Positions 23,385 to 35,532 of a DNA stretch of 64,000 nucleotides are shown here, piece after piece. The notes beneath the pieces were generated by a model. It ran no database searches and had not been told where the DNA came from. It saw only the letters and a program-made list of their open reading frames with translations. The DNA is taken from the NCBI GenBank assembly GCA_043228905.1, contig JBHGNT010000002.1:3162001-3226000 (forward strand). Direction: 5' to 3'. Made by a program: the position numbers and the translations under genes. The stretch comes from Azolla caroliniana (Eukaryota > Plantae > Polypodiophyta). Position 1 is the stretch's first letter. Each line of letters starts with the position of its first letter.

Positions 23385-25680
23385 GTAAGCATGTCAACAT
23401 ATGAATAAATAGTTCGAGCGAGCAAACCTTTTGCACAAACACCTTCAAAGCTTTGAGACTTGTCGGAGTTGTCACCTTTTGAATTACTTTGATCTTTGAT
23501 TCCACGTGAATTCCTTCTTGGCACATGACATTCTCCACACTACCTTGTTTTGTATGTTTGACCATTTCATCTATAATCTCATCTCGAAAAGGAAGCAAAA
23601 ATTGATCTCATTTGCTTGAATCATTCAAGGGTTGGAAGTTGATGTCTTTCTTCTTTGGAACCACAACAATAGGTGAGACAAACTTCAAATCCTCCAACTT
23701 GATGTGGTGCTTGATGCCTTCTACTCTTATATGTGAATAGTCATTTATGAATAACTTTGGAAACTTAAAAAGAAGAGAAATAAACCGTAGATCCTCTTCT
23801 CCTTGCACATCGTTTGAAATCATCTTCTTTTTCCCCTTTAGGGTGATAATACTTTTCTCTTCAATGACTTCTTCTTCCTCCTTAGACACCATGTGGAATG
23901 ATTTGTTTTCCCTATCCCACGAAGATTCATCAATTGTTATGCTTTCCTCTTCTTGCTTGCCATTGTCAATAGATGATTCCTTCTCCTTTATACATTTGAT
24001 TAGTTGTGGTGGATCCTTTGATGGTGATAAGTTCATGATACTCCAATCATGCATTACAAGTAATTCTCTTGGTTCTTGATCAAATTGTTGTTGAAGAGTT
24101 GATGCTCACATAACTTTGTTGCTACTCAATGCAAATCCAAAACACAAATCTTGCACGAACACCTTTATACACTGCAAATTGGCACTTACCAATGCTTCCT
24201 TATACGCATTGATCTCCAAAAGCCAATCTCCAGCTATCACTTCCATGTTATGTTCTTCATCTTGCAACTCACTTGTGGGAACGTCAGCATCAACACCTTT
24301 TTCTATCATATCTTCTATTTCATCTTGCACATATTCAGCATCAACCACCATATCGCTTGTTATATTAATAATGTCCTCAACATGATGTACATTGGCATCA
24401 CCATCCATAGCATCGCTTCTCATAACAATCTCCTTGGATTCGTCTTTCACATCATCATTTTTTAAATCATGGTTGTCCTCATGAACTATATGGGGGAACT
24501 CCACATTCATCACATCTTCTTCTTTGTCTCTAGAATCACCTTCATAGACATCATTATAACTCCAAAAATTAGAATAATGATATGAGGGAACCTGTTGAAT
24601 CGGACATTGCAAGTATGCTGGTTGTTGGCTCATGACCGATCCACAATTATTATAGCTTGGATTTATGGTATATGACGTCAATACTCCATATGCTTCACCA
24701 AATAACAAGTTCTTCAATTTTTTATCATAACTTTGACATACTCGAAGCAAATCATGGAAAGACCTTGGGTACTTCATATGCACTTCATATTGAAAATATG
24801 GATCTAGCCTTGCTTTGAATCTTTACATCTTGAAGTATACATCTTCAACGCCTCCAACAAGTCTAATCCAAGTGGACCATATATCCAAAAACTTCTTCTC
24901 ATACTCGAGGTAGCACAATGATGAAACCATACACAATTGGAAAAGTTCTCTTTGTAGATCTGTCGCATCGCGAACTCCATATCTTGCCATCAGTTTGACG
25001 ATGAATCGGTAGATCCAACCATCAATGAGTGGACAACCGTTCCTCCCGTTATACGGAAAGGATCGACCCTCCCTGGAGCGCCAAAAATGATAGAGAGATG
25101 ATAGAAAGAAAAGAGAATGAAGATATATATATCCAGAACCACAAAGATCTACTGATAATGAATAATCATGATGGAAGGAAGAGAGAAAGAAGATACATAA
25201 ATCCAAGTCTACAAAGATATATGGATAACAACACAACCACACTACATGAATAGACAAGAAAAACACCACAAGAAGTAGACTCCACACCACCACCTTACTC
25301 TTCTTGCTTTATATGAAGTTCTCCTAAACTAGATAACTTTCCCTTGCTTTCTTTTTTACGCTTTTTTTAGAAGTTTTCCATCTCCTATTCTTAGCTATGA
25401 CACAACCATTTTCAAATCATCATATCTCCCTCGTCTGAGATCCCAATTTAGATATTTAAAACGATATGGATAGCTCTCTTCACAAGCTTTCTAACCCATA
25501 TTTGCACGTTATATTTGGCTTCCAAACGAATGAGTTATGAGTGTTCATTGTAGACTGTATTTTGGTGGCCTACTTTTTTCTTCTTTTACTTTTCTCCACG
25601 TGTCGTGGTTTTAGTTTGACTTATCCTCAAAACCTTAGCTCGTGTTCTTACCCTCTAGATGTGAATGCTCCATACCTTAT
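23385..25680 (-). mobile_element. Old, internally deleted Ty3/gypsy-like remnant (target of copia A)
   Basis: PIVVVPKK..INFQPLN..DQFLLPFRDEIIDEM (RT-like) and EGIHV..KIKVI..PTSLKALKVF (RT connection-like); gag-like fragments at 24100-25290. Confidence 0.55.
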
Positions 25681-25699
25681 ATTCTTGTAGTGTCCAATA

Positions 25700-28600
25700 C
25701 CTTGAATTCTAAAATCACTTTCACACATACCCTCTCGTTAGCCTATCTTTGGCCTGGGTCATCGAGAATTTACCTGAGCAAGCACTAAAAGTGACTCCCA
25801 AGTATACATATGATCCCATGACCTCAACTAGTTTATAAGAGAGGATTAGGTGACATTTACTCCTAACTCGGGACGATGTATAAAAGATAAGGACTTTAGT
25901 TTTCGTTAGATTCACTACTAGTCCTCATTGTGTACAAAAGTAATCTAGGGCATTAATAAGATGCTTTTGTAGGTCGTGTTCTGATTCCGAGAGCAAGACA
26001 ATGTCGTCTACGTAGAGTAAGAGACTAACTTTCGTATCCCCAATAGCTACTCCCTTGCATCCCTTATGAGCAATAAAATCAGGGGTCTCATCAATGTAGA
26101 TCCCAAAAAGAGTCGGTGATAGGGGGCAACCCTATTTTACACCAATGGTGCTAGTGAAACAATCGGATAGGCCACCTGGTCATCTTACACACTTAGAGAC
26201 TTACTCATATAGGGCATAAATGAACCAGATCATGTCATTTGGTATCTCCAAGCTCTTAAGTCTATCAAACAACCTCTCCCTAGGAACTATGTCAAAGGCT
26301 TTACGGAAGTCCACAAAGCAACAATATAGTTTCTTCTTACGAGCCTTCGTCTGGTCAATTAAGCACCTAAGTGTGAGGATATGGTCAATTGTTGAGAAGG
26401 CTCGTCTAAAGGCAGCCTGCTCAAGTGCTCGAAGGCTTAATGTTTCCATATAATCATTGAGCTCTGCTTCCAATACTGCACCATATAGTTTAGTGAGCGT
26501 ATGACCTATCATAATGGTCCTATATGTATTTGGGTCCATTGGGTTCCCTCTTTTATGTATAGGGGCCACTGTGTTCATGGCCCATTGTGGTGGAAAACCC
26601 TCAACGAGGGCGCGGTTGAAGATTAGAGTGAGAAGGGGGGTTAGGCACTCTCGAGCATATATGATGTGCTCGACTCGCAATCCTGTGTGGTCCATGGATT
26701 TCCTATGCTGTAATTTTTTTATGACCTTCGTGACCCTAGAGGTCGTGAAAAGTGTCCCCATGGTAGGTCAAGGTGTGGAAGGCATTGGAATGGGTGGTTG
26801 GTCTGGGACATGGTAGAGTCTCTCGATATATGTGTGCCAAATATTGGGATCCTCGATGGGTGTTTGTGGTCTCAGTTCCCGTAGTCTCTTCCATGAAAGG
26901 GCGCAATCCCTACTCATGAGCATATGGTAGAGTTCCCAATATTGAGATGCTTCCCAAGCTCGTCTTTTACAACGTGTCATATTGCACATCTCTTTGCGAC
27001 CCTGTACTGAGGAAATAGTGCCACTAAGCCACGACACTTTAAGTTGTCTATACAACTCTCTACAATCCTCATCATACCACTTGTTCTATGGCATAGACCC
27101 TATTCTACTATGACCAGAGTCTTTCGTGTATGGGAAGCTACTAATTGCTGCTGAGTGAAGGATGTGTGTGAGTTCTGTAGTGAGGTTCTCTAAAGGCAAG
27201 AAAGAATCAAAAGAGGAGAGATGGGCTTGAATATATCGAGAGTAGATTTCAGCAAGCTCATGTGTGAAGTGTATTATGGTGTGATGGTTTGGTTGACTAG
27301 AGTTGGTGGCGTGGGAATTGTCACATTTTAGCTCAAAGTATAGGAAGCTATGGTCTGCACCAATGGGGCATGGGGCCACCCAGAAGGAGTTAACCATGTG
27401 GGTAGCTTCAGGGCATCCTATTAGGTAATCAATTGTGCTTTCCCCTCCTCCATGTGGGAAACATGTGAGCTCTTCCGAGCCCAGCCACTTGGCTAAGCCA
27501 TTATATATGATCATCTAGTGTCGGCTTCCAAGTTTAAGCAGATGATGGCCAAAGCTTGTGGCGTCCGCACCTTGATCCTTTGATGTATGTGTTATGCCTG
27601 AGGCTAACGGGTCGACATTCACCATTTCTAGGTGTCTATCCATCTGAAATATTGTGCATTGTCGGGATTGGGCTCTCGCATTGAAATCTCCTACAAGGAA
27701 GACTTCCCCTTGAGAGAAATATCGGATTATGTCCTCCGATAAAGGTTCGTATGGAGAAGGCCCATGTGGCGTTCCTTCATCAACTATACTTGCCTCTCTA
27801 GCCATATTATACCAGGATCCTTTCAGGGGGAAGTAACAAACGGCGATAAATATCACCTAATCCTTGCTAGTGAGGACTTTCACCCACATAAAACGGGCTT
27901 CTGGGCCTGTCTTTAGTATTTCTATCATATTATGTATCTCTCTCTGATATAATATCGCAACTCCTCTAGACTCTCTAGTAGTGTGTCCACATGAGGTTTG
28001 TCTAAAGACAAATTCCCAACGAAAACCGCCAACTCGTGGCAGTCCTCGATTTGGACTCTGATGTGTTTCTACTAAAAAAAGTATATCAGATACCTTCAAA
28101 ATCTCCTCTAGATGGCCAAGGTGTGTTGAAAGTGCACCATTACAGTTCCATAAAGTCATCCTAAGTTTATTATCTATCACATGGGCCACACGTCGTCAAT
28201 TGGCAGCGCGATCATTTATTATCACGCGTCTGTCTCGGTAGAAAGCACGATGCCCCTCTTTATGAACTTGTGTGACTCGTGGCATACAAGTTTTACGATA
28301 CTCAATTTGCATCTTGGTCAGGTCTTCATCGAGGTAGATAGGGTCCCCGCCCAATCCTCGAAGAATTGGTCTCTTTTTAAAAAAGGTGATTCTAGATTCT
28401 GAGTCCTTAAACTGAAGGAGTAAAGCTCTTTTCCTAGTGGTGTCACGTCATACCCTCCAAGTTTTAGCGATTGGTAGGGTTTCGTACCCCAACATTTTCC
28501 CTAATGTTTGTGCATCTGCATCGGGAGATGCCCCTTCCTTGAACCCAGTAACTCGTACATTTAGGCATCGAGCTTGACGCATTTTTTCCTCCTCAAGGGT

Positions 28601-29100
28601 AGTGTTTACAATGTTTTTATCTTTTTTAATATTGTGTTTTACTACATCAACCCACCCAGTTTTTGCTAATTCCATATCGCTTTTAACCTCTTCCTTAACC
28701 TTTTTGATCTCGTCCTTAATATCCTCTAGGGAAGATATTTCACCATCTTCCCTAGATGTCTCAAGGTCCTTAATTTGTTTTTGAAGGTTCACGTTGGCTA
28801 CTTTAAGTTTCACTACTTCAGCAACAAGAAGTTCTCTTTCTTCCTTATCTTTTTGTTTTTCGGCTTCAATCTCTTTCGCCCATTTTTCTATTTTAACTAA
28901 TTGATTAAGGACATCTAAAAATTCCTCCTTACTTATAATTTCTTCATGTGTTTCGTTATGGTTTCGTCTAGAAGTCATGTTGTAATTCAAAAGATAGAAG
29001 AAAGAAAAGACAAAAAGGATAGAAAAACTTAGCCGAGCATCAATGCCCTGCGCGCTAGGTACGAGTGTAGAAGCACATGTGTGCTCTCTCGTTTACTCAA
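25700..29100 (-). mobile_element. Second RTE-X-like LINE family, 3'-truncated and decayed
   Basis: ORF1 28990-28196 (EEEKMRQARCLNVRVTG..IYLDEDLT); ORF2 from about 28189 with WNCNG, VETH, GDFNAR, ADH, QAAFRR, VDFRKAFD, YVDD and YVYLG. Confidence 0.8.
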
Positions 29101-30429
29101 CCAATGATGTCGTCAGAAGCGTAGGTGATAGTGACGATCGACAACAACTACAGTGACAACGACTACACACGATAGCAACGGCAACGGCAACGGCCAAGAA
29201 CCAACAACGGTAGATGAAGACTACAACGACGGTGGCAAATGTTGGACGACGGCGACGACAATGACAGCAACAACATACGGCGGTGACAACAGGTGATGGC
29301 GGTAGCAAACAGTGGTTGTAGACGACGGCGACGATGACGGCAATGGCAGAGAGAGTTGTTACATGCAACGGCAACGGTAGAGAGAGAGAGAGAGAGAGAG
29401 AGGGAGGGAGAGAGAGAAGCAAAGGGTCAATGGATGGAGAGCAAACCACGATGGTCCCCTACTACTTTTTCTCCTCTCTTTTTTCATGCCCCACGGGTGG
29501 GGTTTAAATAGTACAAGATTACTACCTTACAAAAAGCCAAGTGGGGGGTAGTTACACCTATCACTCACACGTTAACATTTCATATTCCACATTACACCTA
29601 ACCCTCCCGTACACCTATACTAGTAACACCTGGCACGCTCGTGGGACAGTGCATTGCCCGTCGAACCAACAAGCCCATGCCAAAAACTCGTTGACCGAAA
29701 ACTCCATCGGTCTTCTCTTCTCTCATGGTCAGAAATCCCTCGATCGGATCACGGTTGAAAAACATAGATCGAAGCTGGCTTGACACGAACCTTCTCGTTC
29801 GGTCAACATATTGCACGATTGGATCACACACCAATCGTCTTGTCCACTGTGATAAAGTCTTTTAGGGTTTAAAAATGATTGTGGGTGTATGCGTATACAT
29901 ATATATTTTTCTAGATTGGTGTGAGTGGTGATAAGTTTTTTGTACCATTGAGTTTCCGAAATTCTATTTCGTACCCCTCAGTTCTTGAAATTCTAGTTGT
30001 TGCCCTTATATTTTTGAAATTCTACTTTATGCCCTCGACTTCTTGAAATTTTCATCTTTGTACCCCTCTCTTTTTAGGTTTCGGTTTCTTGTTCTTTTCT
30101 TCTTCTCAAGGTCTATCTTCTTCTTCCTCGCTTTTCCTCTTCTCTTCTTCTCATGGTCTGTCTTCTCATTCTCCTTTCCCCTACTCTGATAATCGCCCCT
30201 CCATGTCAATCTCCATTTCTTCTTCCTATCTGTGTCTGATTGTCAATCTCCTTCGATCTTCACTCGACCGATTCCCGGTCGTCCTTAGCCGTCTCTTGGT
30301 TGTAGGTCAGCTGCCAGCTACCAGACTCAGTCGTGTGCATTCTCAGTCGACCCTTGGCCATCTCTCGGCTGTCGATGTTCGGCCGACTCTCGGTTGGTGC
30401 TAGCCGACTATCTCTCAGCCGTTTCCAGA

Positions 30430-30620
30430 CCGTCTTGTGGCCGTCACTCGGCTCTCGGCCACTCTTGTTCGGCCCTCTCTCGACCTTCGCTCGGCTGTCG
30501 GCCACTTTCACGATCGTCTCATGGCCGTCGCTCGGCTCTCGGCCACTCTTGTTCAGCCCTCTCTCGACCTTCGCTCGGTTGTCGGCCACTTTCACGACCG
30601 TCTCTTGGCCGTGCTCGGCC
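30430..30620 (+). repeat. GC-rich tandem repeat (about 75-bp unit, about 2.5 copies)
   Basis: CGGCTCTCGGCCACTCTTGTTC(G/A)GCCCTCTCTCGACCTTCGCTCGG repeated. Confidence 0.8.
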
Positions 30621-30785
30621 GTCACATTGTGGCGGCCGCTCGGCTAGCACTCGGCCGTTTCTTGGCCCCATCTCGGCCGGTTGTCCCTCGGCCATCTGGT
30701 GGCCATCACTCCGGTCAACGAGTTTTTGGCATGGGCTAGTGGGATCGACGTGCATTGCACTGTCCCACGATGTCATGAAGATTTT

Positions 30786-31127
30786 CGACAACAGTGTGAA
30801 AATCACGTGGAACGAGGAATATCGAGAAGGTGCAATGTGCACACGTATGAAAGGAGTGATGGTTACACATGTATGTTAGCACGTTAATGTGCATGTGTGA
30901 TGTGTGTTTAGGTGTTCATTACACAAAATATAAAAAGAAATAAATCTAAGGCCTAGCGACAACAGTGTGAAAATCGCGTGGAACGAGAAAAATCAAGAAG
31001 GTGCAATGTGCACACGTATGAAAGGAGTGATGGTTACACGTGTATGTTAGCACGTTAATGTGCATGTGTGATGTGTGTTTAGGTGTTCATTACACAAAAT
31101 ATAAAAAGAAATAAATCTAAGGCCTAG
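30786..31127 (+). repeat. 171-bp tandem duplication in the gypsy-2 5' LTR
   Basis: 30786-30956 repeated at 30957-31127; single copy in the 3' LTR. Confidence 0.9.
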
Positions 31128-31140
31128 TGGCATACAACGA

Positions 31141-31203
31141 GGTGCAAGGTTTTGAACCTTGCACCTCCAAGATAGGAGGCAATTGACATACCATTAGGCT
31201 AAG
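31141..31203 (-). other. tRNA-derived (Pol III A/B-box) module inside the gypsy LTR; also at 39233-39294 (-) and 31997-32054 (+)
   Basis: TAGCCTAATGG (A box), CCTCC-TATCTT-GGAGG hairpin and GCAAGG-TTCAAAA-CCTTGC T-arm (B box); no acceptor stem. Confidence 0.6.
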
Positions 31204-31672
31204 TTATTTTCCTTAAAGTTTATTTTCTTCATTGTACTTTTCACATGTCACTGCTCATACATGAGAGCTTGAATGAGGGACATGGTCATCATGCATCGCA
31301 TGTGATGCATGAGCGCCAAATGGCAATCATGCATTTCATGCACCCTCACATGCATCATATGCACGGGGGCATCTATATAAGAGGGAAAGGAAGGGAAAGG
31401 AAATCAAGCACTGTATAGAATCAATAAGAATAATAATAAATCTTACTTATCTGATTGGCAATGTGTATTGTCCCTCAATTTTGAAGTCAAAGGTTCAAAC
31501 CGGGAATTGGAATTCTCGTTCGTATCTATCTATCTACCAATCTATCTTTAATAATTTGTCGCTTGCGCTAGTCCTTCCGGTCCAGAACACTGACGGTTCC
31601 ATTTCATTGTCTTGAACAACCCTTTCGATCCTCCATCACCACTTGCGAATAGAGGCCGGTGCTTGTTTGTGT

Positions 31673-32815
31673 TGTCGTGAAGATCTGTCACTACGTGCGG
31701 ATCGTGAGGCGGAACCGTCAGGGTTCTCGACCGGAAGGACTTGAAGTTTTTACTAGCTTTAGCGAGAAAGGATTTAAGTTAGATTGAAAGAGAGAGAGAT
31801 TGAGATAAGATAGAACGCTTGATTTTAGATTGAGAGCGATTAAGATTGAACTCTTGACTTTAGGTTTGATTAACAAGATTAATACATCAATTGGATAACA
31901 AATTTTCTTCTTAATATTAATTTTGATAATATTAATTTTGATATGAATTTACATGTAAAGGTATAATGATAAAAAAATAATCTTTAATGAAATGATTTGG
32001 CTTAATGGTAAGCATATTGCTTCCTATCTTGGAGGTGCAAAGTTTGAGTCTTGCTTACATCTTTTTCTTTTATGCACAAAATACTATTAGGCTTTTGGAC
32101 CAAATATCTTTAAGACACCATGCACCACGATCAACCGATCCGTCCGATTTGCATCCTTTTGGTTCAGCCCAGTCTGCATCCCAAGCCATTTGCCGATCGC
32201 CAGCTCGCCGGCTCCGCCGCCAGTTTTGGTTGGCCATAAACTTTTACAAGTAGCTAGGCCACACCCACTCATCCAATTAGCTTTTGGACCAAATATCTTT
32301 AAGACACCATGCACCACGATCAACCGATCCATCCGATTTGCATCCTTTTGGTCTGGCCCAGTCCGCATCCCAAGCCATTTGCCAGTCGCCGGCTCCGCCG
32401 CCAGTTTTGGTTGGCCATAAACTTTTACAAGTAGCTAGGCCACACCCACTCATCCAATTAGCTTAGTTCAAGTCACCTTGAACTCTCTATGCTCCACGCA
32501 TAGACACAAAGATAATAGCTTTTGCTATGCCTTATATATGGTGAGATCCTTATTTGTCCTGTCTATCTGGGATATCTCACAGTTTTCTCTTTCTCTTTTC
32601 CTTTGCAAACTTCCTACCCACATAACTTGAGACTTAGATGTTCGTTTCTTATGTAGTAAACTGCATTCGAAAGCTCTTGAAGACATCCATCTTTTTGTAC
32701 TAAGATATTAAACTTATTTTAAATAGTATTTTCACTATTATTGTTTTATATGATTCATACTCGATTTCGTATATTCCTGACAAGTTTCACACTATTGTCG
32801 CAAATCTTTACGACA
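31673..32815 (-). mobile_element. Solo LTR of a related gypsy family, nested antisense in the gypsy-2 5' LTR
   Basis: TG...CA ends; minus strand starts TGTCGTAAAGATTTGCGACAATAGTGTGAAA like the host LTR; TSD GTGT/GCGC (CpG-decayed); internal tandem duplication of about 189 bp at 32091-32463. Confidence 0.8.
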
Positions 32816-32904
32816 GCGCATGTGTAACATGCACATCGCGATGTTTGGCACATGCATCATGTGTTTCACGACATCTTTGTGGTGCGGTAAATATTTTCTC
32901 AGTA

Positions 32905-32961
<57 letters not shown>

Positions 32962-33515
32962 CAGCCCACACAAGCATCTTCAACAACAAGAACTACCCGA
33001 TTGTAAATGTAAATGACAGTCGATTCCTTGCAAGCAAAAGTCACCCGATTCATCCTCCTTGGTCAAAGACCTTGGTGGTCCCGTTCGACCGACCCTCAGG
33101 CGCGGATTTCCGCGACATAGATTTGGTGAACCCGATGTGAAGAACGGCAAGGGAGGATGGCCGTAACTTCGAGTGCTAGAGACTCTAATGATAGTCTAGG
33201 ACAAGCAATGGCAAGGATGATGGACCAAATGCTTCAAGAGAGAGACAACGTTGTAGGCCTTGATGTTGCCATCGATAGGATCGTGGATACCAATGGATGC
33301 TTTGACGGTAGAGATGTGACACGATACCTTGATACCTACAAAAGAGAAATGCGGAAAAACGGTATTCCTACGTCAAGACAAGTGGCAAGCTTCTCAAGGA
33401 TTGTAACTTCAATTCTTTACTCCCGAGTCATAGAGCTACAAGAGACCAATCTTGAATGGTCATCTTTCGAATGAAGTTTACTTGAAGAATATGGGTTTGG
33501 TGACTCATGTCGAAT

Positions 33516-33960
33516 CATTGTTGTTAAAAAACGCGTACTTTATAGATAGAGTAGGTTTTAGAATACCCACACATATTATAAACGTATTCAACCTTTTGGA
33601 ATTGTCATTTTTTCTAAGCCTAAATTTGTAAATAATTTAAAATTTAATTTTCTAGGGCTCTTTTTAGTAGAGAAAAAGAAAATAATTATGTAAATATTGA
33701 AACACCATTTATCCATGGGCAATAAAGATAATTGGTATGTACTATATAGTATTCAAATTCCAAGTATCTTTGCATTCAACATCAATGGTGTTCAAGTATT
33801 CGATGTATTCAACGTATTCAACAACATATTCAACGTATTCAAAATGTACTCAACGTATTTTACCTTTAAATATGTATTCTAAGAACTTATAAATTTTTTT
33901 TAGAATACTTATAAAATATGTAGCATACGTATTGTACATGTACGGTATGTTATGTATGTT
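33516..33960. mobile_element. AT-rich non-autonomous DNA-transposon-like insertion in gypsy-2 gag, with adjacent deletion
   Basis: Starts CATTGTTGTTAAAAAACGCG with GTATTC repeats; replaces about 75 gag codons that gypsy-1 retains; similar in reverse orientation to 61847-62142. Confidence 0.5.
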
Positions 33961-35532
33961 AAAACCTGATTGGGCAGTAGTGAAGAGAGCATGTGGACGT
34001 TTTGATAAGCGTCGACAATGGGACAATGAGACAAGATCGAGTGTTGCAACTCAGATTGGCCAATAAGCTTATAACACAAGACAGGAACCACAAGCCCAAA
34101 GACCAAGGGATACGGAAGTGGCTCAGCCCACGGACGAAGCCACAATGGATGAACTTGTAGACATGCTTCGAGAGATAAGAATTTCTCAAATTAGAAAGGA
34201 AGAAACTCAAACTTTTCTAGGTCATCGCCTGGACTTTCCCCACAGGTGTATTTGGTGTGACTCTTTGGAACACCATCGAAGAGATTGCTCAGAATTCCAA
34301 AAGGCCCTCCGACGAGATATCATTTATCTCTCCATTAATCGGATTCACTCCTCAGTGACGCAACGCCCTCTCAACACCAACTTCGACCGAGGAGGTATGA
34401 AGAAGTTGATGGAGGAAATGGAAGAAAACAAAGTGAATAGTGTTTACTATTCCTCATCTGCCGGAATTCGAGTTGGACACGAGACGAGAGCCCAAGAGTC
34501 TCAAGCAGGAGAATTTTGGCCGATCATATTGAATCAAGTAGGAAAAGGGAAGCTCTGCATGAACGAGGCACTCAAAGCAGAATGAAGAGTCCAAGCAATG
34601 ACGAGATGGGAGGACCTTGTGGAGGAGAAGTCTAGCTTCGTCAAGTCCATGTGTCAAAACTACGACGTCCTAGTTGAAGAGAAACGAAAAAGACCAGATG
34701 ACCAATCACGCTCTTCAAAGAAACATGACACAAGAGAAGTTGTTCGAAGAAGGGAGGAATCATCACCACCCTAGACGATAACCTAAAGAGGGAAGGAAAG
34801 AATCGGACCAGCATTCAAACTACGCTCGGAGATAGAGCAATCCACCGACCTTAAGCGTGTGATGGAAGAAAGAATCCTGGATAGCCGAATCAAGTTCACA
34901 CTACAGGAGGTCTTAGGAATTGCAAATAAAGAATTTCATGATGTCATTATTGACTTAATAAAGAGGAAGAGACTGACAAACAAGTGAAGAAGGAACCAGA
35001 CCGACAAATGTCTCGACGAGCGCTATCACAACAGAAGGTCTTGAAATTGAACAAGAATTTGCCGATAGCCATTTTGCAAGGCCACAATGGGCTAGGGCCA
35101 CTACCGAGACACTGGTATGGATGGGAGACTTGAAAGATTAGGCGGTGGCGCTCATTGATCATGGCTCGAAGATCAACCTCATGTCTCTTTACTTCTATCG
35201 AAAGGGTCGTTGGCCCATTAATACTAGGCATGGGTGGAAGATGTGAGCGGCAACCAGGGCGACTGAAGAGCTTCATGGGGCTTGCCCTAACATTAAGGTA
35301 ACTATTGGCGCGTTGAGCATGATCAACAATTTTTTGTGCAAGAATCGACGTCACATCCTATCATCCTTGGTGAGCCTTATATTACAGCATCCCGGATGGA
35401 GATAAAGGTACTTGATAATGGTTCGGCATATGCGCGGATACGAAGTCAAGATGGGACGAGCTCGGTTCAATTCCTCATTGTAAGACCAAACCATAAAAGA
35501 AATAGGTATAGCTTAGGGAAAGAATCTAGGGA

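Noticed and set aside
29093-29449. 118-aa Cys/Val-rich ORF
   Set aside because: It derives from low-complexity (ACG/GCA)n and (GA)n sequence.
31141-31203. Functional tRNA gene
   Set aside because: No acceptor stem and a non-canonical anticodon arm; kept only as a tRNA-derived module.
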